From: Prorocentrum cordatum
Taxonomy: Eukaryota
Direction of reading: 5' to 3'
DNA length: 54,943 nucleotides
Assembly (NCBI GenBank): GCA_963575745.1
Contig: CAUYUJ010000197.1
Coordinates: 62,001 to 116,943 of the forward strand
A program made the translations under genes and the position numbers. Of the stretch, positions 38,525 through 48,957 are shown piece by piece. Every line of letters begins with the position of its first letter. Within the stretch, counting starts at the first letter, position 1. Under the pieces are notes generated by a model. The model had not been told where the DNA came from, made no database searches, and saw only the letters and a program-made list of their open reading frames with translations.

Positions 38525-38661
38525 CACAGACGCCCTCCCATGGATTGTTCCTGGGCCTCAGGGCAGGATGGCCGCGTACAGATCGCCACTGCGAGCCAGC
38601 GACCTTATACACCGCCGCCCTCCTTGAAAGCACTTGCAAAATTAGTCGGAGGGTGTCTGTG
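38525..38661. mobile_element. Small MITE with TA target-site duplication
   Basis: TA|CACAGACGCCCTCC ... GGAGGGTGTCTGTG|TA. Confidence 0.75.
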
Positions 38662-38724
38662 TACATGTAATGAGTCTTTAGGACCCGTCCTTCAGCAGGG
38701 AGGAGGAATCATGGAGGAGGAGGA

Positions 38725-39504
38725 CTAGTGCAAACCCACGAGTCATCAACGATGTTGGGATACACGGGTAAATCCTCCCGTCAAGCTCCCCCTTCATAGG
38801 CCCTGCAACTGTTCATTTTCCACAGACGGAACTGCCTCGTTGGAAGACAACCGTTTGAAGACCCTGAAGCATGCAAGAACATTGTTCTCGGGATTCCAAC
38901 GCCACGGGTCAACTTGATTGTTGCGTCTTGACGATCCTGAACCGTGCCAGCACGCCATTCTTGGGACTTCAATGCCGCGAATCAAGGTAACTGTTGCGCC
39001 CTCCGAATCCCGAATCCTTCAAACACATCGTTGCTAGTCCGTTGATCGTGAGAACCCGTGAAACTTTTCAACTTTTTGAAATGAATGTGCGCAACGCTAA
39101 GGCGAGAGCCACAGTTTGAACAGGAACCGCCCTCAATCCGTGAGGGTTTCGCAACATTTTAAAACGACTGTGCGCGGCGCGGAGGCGAGAGCCACATTTT
39201 GTAAACGGGTCGCCCTTAATCCGCGAAGCTCTCTAATCTTTTAGAGCGAATGTGCGCAGCGCGGAGGCGAGAGCCACATTTTGTAGTCGGGTCACTCTCA
39301 ATCCGCGAAGCTCTTGCAGTTTTTAAGACCGAATGTGCGCGGCGCGGAGGCGAGAGCCACGTTTTGAAAACGACAAGCCCTCCATCTGTGAAACTAAGCT
39401 TGAGGGTCATACATGATGAGGAACTCTCAGGCGGAACGCCCAGCCCGCCCTAAAAACTTGCTCCGAAGTGCGACAGGGAAAAGTTACTCATAAGGGAGAT
39501 GAAT
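38725..39504. mobile_element. Family A, copy 3
   Basis: Starts CTAGTGCAAACCC, has the same body and GAAT end, and is flanked by (GAG)n. Confidence 0.85.
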
Positions 39505-39742
39505 GGAGGAGGAGGAGGAGGAGGAGGAGGAGGAGGAGGAGGAGGAGGAGGAGGAGGACGAGGGGGAGGGGAAGTAGGAGGGGGGAGGGGAGGGGGAGGA
39601 GGAGAGGAGGAGGAGGAGGAGGCGAGGGCGGCGCCGACCACGGGGTCGGACTGCTTCGAGGCACCGGGAGGTCTGGGGCCCCTCGTCCCTGGGTGCGCGG
39701 GCGGACGGCGGCAGGGACCGCCTTGCGGCGCGCCCGGCGGAG

Positions 39743-39772
39743 GTGCACCGCATCTCGCCGGAGTGGTACGAG
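39743..39772 (+). CDS. Exon E (30-nt micro-exon) of the kinase-like gene: VHRISPEWYE
   Basis: GAG|GTG acceptor and GAG|GC donor, phase 0. Completes LVAK-VH, the ChoK/APH LA.LH motif. Downstream catalytic exons (HxDxxxxN) were not identified. Confidence 0.58.
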
Positions 39773-41471
39773 GCCCCGAGCGGCCCCGTCGCGTGTCCCT
39801 GCTCTGGGCCTCCTCGATCGTCGATTTTCGATGCTCGAGCCTCGATGCTCGAGCCTCGATCCTCGAGCCTCGGTCCTCGCTCGATGCTCGATCCTCGACT
39901 CGAGGCTCGATGCTCGAATCTCGAGCCTTGATCCTCGATCCTGGATGCCTCGTCCCAGAGACGGTCTGTTCGCGTTGTGTCGACCTGGGGCGACCCCGCC
40001 GCGGGCATTCTGCGTTGGGCGCCGCCGGCGACCCAGAATCCGTAGATGCCGAACGACCTGACGTTTCGGAAACGGTCGATCGTTCAAGGTAGAACGATCC
40101 CCGCGATATCAACAAACACATTTCCAGGGTCGGCACGACACGAACCTGAGTTTAGCTGGGGTCGGAGGATCGCGCCGCGTCGCCGATGCATCGGCGATGC
40201 AGCGTTTTGATGTGGCGTTCGATGTTCTCCACGCCGCTGCATCGCCGACATCGCCCATGTAACGATCCCCGATGCATCGTCGATGCGACGCCGATGCATC
40301 GGCGATGCATCGGCGATGCGGCGATACCCTCCGACCCCATCCACTCCGATCCCATCTGGGAGGCCTCTATGAGGTCCCCAGGCGTCCAGCGTTTTGGAAA
40401 ACAACGAGACGGAGTTTTCTGTTTTTGGCCCCAGGGTTTGAGGATTGACGTTCGCGGATCGCCGGAGTGGTGCGAGGTCCGTGCTGCGGAAAGTCGGATG
40501 TTGCCAAGCCCAGGCCTCTTGTCGCTAAAAAGCACGATGGGTTTCTGTTGTATATTCTATTCTAGTTTTCGGAATCTGGGGGCCCTCCCCGAGCTCCGGG
40601 ACCGTCAACCAGCAGCTCGGGATGGAAAACCCGCCATGGGGAAGGGGCCCAGGGGGTCCACGGAAACACGACCCAACTTCGGAGATCTTGGGGGGGAAGG
40701 AGAAGAGGAAAGGGAGATGAGGAAGGAATGGGAAGAGGGATGGGGAGAGGGAGAATTCGGCAACGACGATGTCTAGTTTCGGCCGCCACAGTGAGTGCCA
40801 TCTCGTGGCCTCTTGGGGCTTCTCAGAGCGTCCTTTTTTGAAGCATTTTTTAAAGCATCAAACCTTCCTGTTGGATTGCTGTAGGAAACGCACCGGGGGT
40901 TCTATATGGAAACCCGGTGGGTATTCTTTTGGGTTCCACTCGAAAGCAATAGGAACCGTCTTTCTTGGAAACCCATCAGAACCAGATTGGCAACTACGGA
41001 AGATATCGCATTGAAATAGCATCGGAATCTTTTCTTTTTCGATCCACACGGGCATATTACTGGGATCCCACCAGGACCCACATGTAACTCGAGAAACACC
41101 TGTCCTCTTTGACCCATATTGTGCCCCGATTGGCGTCCTATTGTTATCCGTGTGGTGTCCAAAAGGAGCCATTGGAACCCAATGGAAATCCAAAATCCAA
41201 TCGAGATCCCCATCACAGGCTGGTGACAGGACTGGACGGGTTAAGTTGTTTTTGCATCCATGCCCTAAATCTACATCGTTTCATTGGAGCCGCATAACCT
41301 TTTGCCTGAAAATCCTGCTCCTTATGGAAACAGGGAACAACCATCATTCGCATCGGAAGACGCAGAGGAACACGCGCGCTCCCAGAGCGGAAATGCCGCC
41401 AACAAGTCGGTGGTACATTTCCAGTATTTACGTGCGGAGCTCACAATTTTACCATCATAGACATGCTTTCG

Positions 41472-42440
41472 CCCTCGCGCCTCATCGTCTGGCAACGACG
41501 CAACCGTATGTGTTCGCACGTGCGGAAGCATGCGCACCCAGGAAAGCGGACATGTGGCCAAGCAATCATTGGTAAATTTTCAGCCAATTCATATGGATTT
41601 CACATTCTGTTTTTGCATCAAAAGTTATGTTTGTCATCGCCCCCATCGTCTGACAACAGCAGAAAACATGATGCCTGCACGCTCCCGGAAGCATGCGTAC
41701 CCAGGAGGGTGGACATGTTGTGAAGAAATCGATGGTTCAGTTCTAGCCGAGGCACGTTGTTTTCAAGGCGTGTTTGACATCGCAGACAACCTTAGTCCTC
41801 GCGCCTCATCGCCTGGCAATATCAAAACCGTATGTTTTCGCATTCGCGGCCGCATGCGTACCCAAGAGGGCAGTAGTGTGGACACGAAACCGGTGGTAAC
41901 GTTCTAACCAATACAGGTGGATTTCAACTTGCGTTTTTTTGTATCATCGGCCACGTTTGTCCTCGCGCCTCATCGTGTGGCAACGGCGCAACCGCATGCG
42001 CTTGCAACTGCGAGCGTGCGTGCCAAGGGGGGGCGGACATGTTGCCAAAAAATCGGTGGTAACATTCGAGCCATTGCGTGTGGATTCCACTATGTTGTTT
42101 TTTGCCTGTCAGACAACTGTTGCCCTCGCGCGTCATCGCCTGGCAAGAACAAGACAATATGTTTCTGCATCCGTGGAAGCATGCGTACCCAGGAAGACAG
42201 AAATATGGCCAAGAACCCGGTTGTAAAACTCAAGCCACTGCGTGTGGCTTTCCCGCAGGCGTTTGCATCATAGGCCATGTTTACCCTCGCGCCCCATCGT
42301 CTGGCAATTGCATAACTGCATGCCTGCGCAATTGCGGAAGCATGCGTACCCAGGAGGGCGGAACGTGCACAAGAAATCGTTGGTTAAATTCCAGCCAGTG
42401 CATGCATATTTCAAATTGTGCTGTTTGGCATCGCGAGCAG
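41472..42440. repeat. Tandem array of ~163-bp units (about 6 copies)
   Basis: CCTCGCGCCTCATCGTCTGGCAA...GGAAGCATGCGTACCCAGGA recurs at ~41472, 41636, 41797, 41961, 42123 and 42284. Confidence 0.9.
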
Positions 42441-42459
42441 TTTTTGTTTTCGCCTTGCA

Positions 42460-43040
42460 GAGGCTTCAGAGCGCTCAGGCGCTCGGAGGCCTCTGCCAAA
42501 CGCCTAGGCGCCCAGAAGCTTTTGCAAAGCGCCCAGGCGACCGGAAGCTTTTACAGAGCGCTCAGAAGCCTCACAGCGCGCTCAGGTCCTCAGATGTCTT
42601 TGCAATGAGCTCAGGCGCTCAGAAGCATCTGCACAGCGCCCAGGCGTTCAGAAGCCTCCACGGAGCGCTCAGGCCCTCATAAGCATCCGCAGAACGCTCA
42701 GGCGCTCAGAAGTCCTTGCAGCGCGCCCAGGCGCCCAGATGCCTCTACAACGCGCTCAGGCGCTCAGAAGCCTCCGCAAAGCGCTCAGGCGCTCAGATGA
42801 TTCTGCTGATCGTTCAGGCGCTCAGAAGCTTCATAAGCCCCTGCAGAGCGCGCGCGCTTTTGTGAAGGCTGGTTGTAAAGTGGCCGCTCTGGTTCCAAAG
42901 GGCCCCGTCTGGGTTGTGAACTGGCCGTTATGGTTGTAAAGTGGGCTGTTCTGGTTGTAAAGTGGTCGCTACCAGAAGGAAAGCCAGCGAATTCCATAGT
43001 TTGCTGGTTGTAAAGAACCAATCTCGGATGCAAGGTGTCG
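42460..43040. repeat. Minisatellites GCGCTCAGGCGCTCAGAAGCC and GGTTGTAAAG
   Basis: Repeated short units visible directly. Confidence 0.85.
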
Positions 43041-43688
43041 TCCGGGTTGTAAAGAGACCAAATTTCGGGCAGAGGGCCACGGCTTGGTGGGCGAGCAGGC
43101 CAAGGGGCCTGGACCAGGGGTGCGAGAGAGCCACAGCCCGAGGGAGGCAGGCCGAAGGAGGGGGTGGTGGTGGAGGCGGGAGGGGGGCCACGAACGAACG
43201 AACGAGCGATTGACGAAGGACCGAAAACCAACGGTCGGGGGGCATTCGGCCAGAGGGAGGCGGGTCGCGTGGCCCTGGGCCAGGAGGGAACGGGCCGCGG
43301 CCTGAGATGTGGCACAGGGCCACACAGGCCAAGGGTCTTGGACCGGGGCGGAGAGAGCCACAGCCTTAGGGGCCAGGGGCGGGAGGGGCATCGGGGGACC
43401 ACGCTTGAACGAACGAGGATCGAACGGTTTGGGGGGAAGTCGGGGGTGGCCACGGCCAGAAGGAAAGGGGCCGCGTGGCCCCAGGCCAGCTTGGCCCGAG
43501 AGGGGGCAGAGGGCCACCTCCCTGATGGGCAGGCCAAGGCGCCAGCTGGGGATAGAGCCACGGCCTGAGGGGAGGCAGGCCAGGGACCAGGGGGCGGCCA
43601 CGAACGGAGGAACGGGAACGGACGAGAACAAAGATGCCCGAGCTCCAGAGCACTGCTGCGTCAGAGAATCTGGTTCCCAGGCTCCGAC

Positions 43689-43840
43689 AGGGGGCCACAC
43701 GCGAACCCTACCCCTACCCCCCACGATTTCTGAGGAGGAGGGTGGGGTTCACTTCGCTCGGGGGCTCCCGAACAAAGTGAACCCCACCCTCCCCCTCAGA
43801 AATCGTGGGGGGTAGGGGTAGGGTTCGCATGTGGACCCCT
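43689..43840. mobile_element. Near-perfect 152-bp foldback hairpin
   Basis: Arms of about 73 bp pair almost to the centre. Flanks CTCCGAC / ATCCGAC may be a 7-bp target-site duplication. Confidence 0.9.
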
Positions 43841-44859
43841 ATCCGACGCTGTGAGTTGCTGGCGACGTGGGCACCCTGCGCGCCTCCACGTACCAGGCTC
43901 TGCAGCCCCAGCCGTTACTTGACGGCCATGGGGCTTGGCGAGGGCCCCCGGAGGCCGAGATTGGGGAACACCAGCTCGTGGCGATGCTCCCCACGAGACG
44001 GAGGAGGAGGCCCGTGTCCGCCGTGCCGCCGCTCTGGCTCGCGCCGGGACTGCCGCAACCGAAGGGGCCGGCGGCAGGGCGCGGACGTGCACCGCGCTGG
44101 CATGTCGTGGCTGCTGGTCCAGGGCTCGTCCCGGAAGCCCGGCAGCGGAGACGGAGACGTGCTCAACCGCCTCAGGTCGAGGGGGCGCCCAAGAGGGACC
44201 GCGAGGAGGAGGCAAGAGAGTTGTCGAAAGCGTTCGGAGGTGTTCGGGCGGTTTCGGAGCCCGGGGTGGTGTCCACCAGCTGCGCCTCGTCAATAGGGCC
44301 TTCCAGGGGTGCCGGAATCGTCCCCGGCAGCCGTCGGAGAGCCGAGCTATGGCCCGAAAACCACGGGGAGACGCCAGGAAGGATCGTAGGCGCTGGGGGA
44401 AGGTTGGGCTGCACGTAGGAGTGGCCTGCCGCTGGGGTGACCTTTGATGCGGGCCCAATGGGGGCCTCCCAATCGCTGAGCGCGAAGCGGTGGCAGCGTC
44501 TCGCGCGCCCGGGCTTGCCACCCCGCGCCCCCGTGACGCCGCATACCCAAGGCCACGCTTGCCCAGGGTTAAGTAAGTCGGGCAGGCCCCTCTACAGGAG
44601 GAATATTCAAGAATACCCCACAATGGTCTGGGGACGATTTCTCGAGGAGGAGGAGGAGGAGGAGGAGGAGGAGGTTTGCTCACTTTTGCTTATGCTTGGA
44701 CTCTTTTTGCATTCTTCTGTTGCGCGTGGTCGAGGGTCGGCGGCGCTCCCGGAGGGGGGTAATTCCGTGAGACGGGGCGGGCCTTCGCAGACGGCGCGGA
44801 CGCCCCTTCGGAGAAGTCCCCCACGCCTTCCCCGAAGACATGGGCAACTTCTCAGAACC

Positions 44860-44962
44860 GAAGACGGAAAACGCCCAAAACATCAACGTTTGGTGCTCCG
44901 CGCGGATTTCTCGGATCCGCGCGGAGCGCCAACAGTTTATGCTTGCGGCGTTTTTTCTTCTT
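44860..44962. repeat. ~100-bp hairpin sharing the CCGCGCGGATTTCTCGGATC core with the 25434-25625 MITE
   Basis: Imperfect ~48-bp arms, nested in a copy of the 14404-type family. Confidence 0.7.
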
Positions 44963-45133
44963 CTGCAGAAGTCGCGAGGGTTTCTGAGAAGTCCCGCCGC
45001 CTTCTGAGCAGGCCCTCTCATTCTTCTCAGGAGGCGCCAGGGCTTCGAGAAGTCCCGCGGCCTTCTGAGGAGGCCTTCTCCTTCTCGCTTCTCCCCTGGC
45101 CCTCGCCCACCCCTCTGGGGACCCCATGGCTGC

Positions 45134-46057
45134 GGGAGATCGCGCGGCGCCACGCGATCTCCCAGACCTCAGGGCCCCCCCTCTTTCTTCCCCTCGCCCC
45201 CCCTCCCCCCCTCGTCCGCGCACGCGCCTCGGGCCACAATGCGCTGACCTGCGGGCCTCCCGACATGGGGCTGGGGTTCGGAGGAGAAAAGAGGCGCCCT
45301 TATAACTCTACCCGCCCCTCATCTTCCCCTTCTTGGGCCTCCCGGGAGGGCCTCGTCGCCACCGCGGGATTCGCCTCGAAATCCTGGTCAGAACGCACTC
45401 CAGGAGAGGTCCCGGGAGTAGCGGCATCGGTACCTTTTTGGTTTCTCGAGGCGTTGACGGGGTCGGAGGATCGCAGCATCGCAGATGCCTCTGCGATGGG
45501 GCTCGAGGCGAGGCCAGATGTTCTCCCCGCCGACGACGCCGACGCAGCGGCGATGCATCGGCGGTGCGGCGCGATCCTCCGGCCCCACTGGCGCGACGCA
45601 ACAAGAACGGTGTCGTCTGCGCCGATGTTGGCGCCTACGCTGCCCGCGTGATGTCGTGCGTGATCGCTCTTGTCTCCAACGCAGCGTGCCGCGCTGGCGG
45701 CCCGCGCAAGCCTCCGCGAAAGGTCGCTACGTCATCTCGCGTGAGACCCGCTTTTGATCGTCGCTCCTTGGGGATCCTTTTCTCCTGGAGTGCGTTCTGG
45801 CCAGGACTTCGAAGCGAATCCCGCGGTGGCGACGAGGCCCTCCCGGGAGGCCCAAAAAGGGGAAGATGAGGGACGGGTAGAGTTAGAAGGGCACCCGTTT
45901 TCATCTCCTCCGAATCCCAGCCCCATGTTGGGAGGCCCGCAGGTCAGCGCATCGTGGCCCGAGGCGCGTGCGCGGACGAGAGGGGGAGGGGGGGCGAGGG
46001 GAAGAAAGAGGGGGGGCCCTGAGGTCTGGGAGATCGCGTGGCGCTGCGCGATCTCCC
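45134..46057. repeat. Long inverted repeat (arms 45134-45407 and 45781-46057)
   Basis: ~275-bp arms of high identity around a ~370-bp spacer; a partial third arm copy lies at ~46096-46193. Confidence 0.92.
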
Positions 46058-46728
46058 AGACCTCCTGCCCCCCCCCCCCCCCCCCCACCCCTACCGGGAG
46101 GCCCCCCAAAAATGGGAAGACGAGGGACGGGAAGAGCTAGAGGGGTACCTTTTTGTTCCCCTCCTCCGGACCCCGGCCCCATTGGGGGAGGCCTACGCTG
46201 CCCCCCCCCCCCCTCTGCCCGGCCCTTCTTCGTCCCTCCCCCCGACCACGCGCACGAGAGCGGCCCCTGCGCCGCCGCAGGGGCCGCTGCTGCTGCGCGC
46301 ACCCCCCCCCCCCCCCTCCCCATGCCCCCCCCCCGCGGCGCGAGAGGGGCTGCTTGCGCGCTTGGGCTTGGCCGCCTCGCGCTGTGAACAAATCCTCCTC
46401 CTCCTCCTCCTCCTCCTCTCCTCCTCCTTCCTCCTCCTCCTCCTCCTCCTCCCCCTCCTCCTCCTCCGTTTCCTCCTCCTTCCTCCCCTCCTCCTCCTCC
46501 TCCTCCTCCTCCTCCTCCTCCTCCGCGCACCGAAGGTCGCTCTTGCCCAGGGCCAATCTTGCCTGCATCGGCTGCGAGCGAGGGGGGGGGAAGTGAGCAG
46601 GAGGAGGCCTTCTCAGAAGGCTCGGAAGTCCCCAGGCCTTCTGCGGAGTTGTCCAAGCCTCCCCCGAAAACATAACACATTTCTGAGAAGGCGCGAGGGC
46701 TTCTGAGAAGTCCCGCCGCCTTCTGAAA

Positions 46729-46914
46729 CCAGGCATGCGACGTCTTGATTTTTTCAGAACGGCGTCCCTGAAAGTCCCGACCCTTTCCCCGGGACCGGTT
46801 TTTCGTCCTGAGTCGTTATTTTTGACGGTCTCGAGGCCCGGCAAGGGCCCCCCAGGGCCGAAAAGAGCCCAAAACTTCCCGTCCTGATTTTTTTTACGAC
46901 GCGATCATGTCTGG
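46729..46914. mobile_element. MITE-like element (CCAGRCATG ends) nested in the 46568-46960 MITE; inverted copy at 52364-52548
   Basis: Removing it approximately restores the host CCTTCTGA-GAAGGCC. More diverged relatives occur at ~2380-2510, ~7230-7310, ~40570-40660 and ~49300-49440. Confidence 0.75.
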
Positions 46915-48811
46915 GAGAAGGCCTTCTCCTTCTCACTTCCCCCCCCTCGCTCGCCGCCGAGTGCAGTCGACCCCTCTTCGGCTCGGCCGCCTCAGGCTGG
47001 GGAGGTCTCGGCCCTGCCAGGGCGGCGCCGCGCCCGTGGCCGCTGGCGCCGGCGCCTTCGAGGCGCCTCTGCGCGCACGCCCGAGGCGGGGCGGTGACAG
47101 ACGTACACAGTCAGCTCCTCCGCCTCCTCCTTCTCCTCCTCCTCCTCCTCCTCCTCCTCCTCCTCCTCGTCCTCCTCCTCCTCCTCCTCTCCTCTCCTCA
47201 CTTCTATCTCCCTCCCTCGCATCTCCTCCTCTCCTCCTCCTCCTCCTCCTCCTCTTCTCCGCCTCCTCCTCCCTCCTCCTCATCACTCATCATCTTCATC
47301 ACTCCCCCGTCCTCTCGTCATAACGCGTGCTGCGGCCGCTGCTTCTCCCTTCCCGCCTCTTCTCCTCTCTCTCCGTATCATGGCTCCTAATGCGACAATC
47401 CCTGCCTTCTGCTCATCCTGTCATATGGTTGTCACACTTCATGAAAAAGAATGGAACTGAGACAATCGTGGCCCGCTACTGTAACCAAGCTAGAATGGTA
47501 ATGATACTGCATTCATCATCTCATCATCATCCATAATCCATCATATCATCATCATGTTCCATCATCTCATCATTTATTCGCATCGTTCAACTACTCTTTG
47601 TAATAATTCGAATCGTTGCCTCTCCTACTAACTCTGTTGAAGCTGCCTTATGCATCGCTCCTCTACGCTCTCCTCTCCTCCTCCTCTCCTTTCCTCCTCC
47701 TCTCTCATCTCCTCTCCTTCCTCCTCCTCCTCCCAGGGCCACCGTCCCAGGTGGGCCCAGTATCGGTGCCCCAGACCTCGTACTTCAGTCATGACGGCAG
47801 GCTTTTGCCCAGTTTGGGCCTCGGGCCGCCCCCGCCGAGGGCCCCTGGGGCTGCCGAACAAGGCTGCCCGGGCTGACGATCTGGTCGAGGGGAAGGGGCC
47901 TATGGACCTCTCTCGGGGGCGGACAAGAGGGGGGGGATGACTAGGGGGGGGGACATCATGGCGGGGGCCATGATATTTCCCAGATTTCATGGCGCTTTCT
48001 TGTTTCATTTTACGTCCCTGGCCCCCCCGCTGAGCCGCGCACATGCCGCCGGTCATGATTTGCACGCCCCCCCCCTCTTGGACACCCCCCTCTTGGCCGC
48101 TCCCGATTCTCTTGGGGTTCACACGGTGAAAAACACACGACCTCGAAGACTTGGATGTTGATCGTTTTCTTGTTCATAGTTTTGCCGATCGGCGCGGGCC
48201 CTCGCACCCTCTCCCCCCCCTATGGAGCAGATCTTGGCTGTCTTTGGCGCCTGTTTCGAGCAGGCGGAGTCTCTCTCGTAGGACGCACTGTTGCAAACAG
48301 TCGCATTGAGGAGAGGTCCAGAGCCAGACCCCCCCCTCTCCCTCCCCTTCTGCCCATGTCGAAACGCCGAATGAGCAAACGTTCCAGTCCTGGGCCCAGG
48401 ATAGCCTGGCCAAGGCAGGTGTGTATGCACAGTTGGCGTCTCCCTGCCGAGGCCCCCGGGCGAGCCCCCCGCATCGTCGTCGGCAGCCGCGGCTCCTGGT
48501 CTGCCATCCTGGGTGACGGTCGGTCGCGATGCAGGAAGCACAGACCTCCGTCTCCGACGCTGTGCCTCTACAGGGGCTTAGGCCGCCTCCGCGGGGCCCC
48601 CGATTTGGGCCTGGGGGTGGCATCAAAAGTTGATGCGGGGCCAAAAACGATTCCCTGGGGTGGGGTCGAGACCTCTGGGAAGCGCGGCTAGGAAAAATGG
48701 CACCCCTGCGGCAGAAAATCCTGAGCAGTTTGGCACGGTTGCACGTCGGGGGGTCGCGATGACCAGGCGTTCAGGCATCGTAGAGAAGCCCCAGGGCCCG
48801 CCGCCTTGCAG

Positions 48812-48957
48812 ACTCCCTCATGGCAAGGTCGGGGCCACGCTCATGTACAGGTCCAGGACTTCGGGCAGCCGCATGCCGGTGACCGTGAAGGAGGTGGAGA
48901 AGGAGCGGGTGCTCATCTTGTTTCAGGGGGACGGCACCACATGGAAGCGCATCGAAG
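48812..48957 (+). CDS. Candidate exon of an unidentified gene (LPHGKVGATLMYRSRTSGSRMPVTVKEVEKERVLILFQGDGTTWKRIE), possibly a small beta-barrel (Tudor/SH3-like)
   Basis: TTGCAG| acceptor, AAG|GC donor, GC3-rich codons and protein-like composition. No partner exons assigned. Confidence 0.4.

Noticed and set aside
41472..42850. CRISPR-like array
   Set aside because: The units are homologous along their whole length with no unique spacers, no cas genes are present, and the context is eukaryotic.
44079..44123. Next kinase exon (GADVHRAGMSWLLVQ)
   Set aside because: Plausible acceptor but no convincing donor or diagnostic motif; cannot be supported without transcripts.
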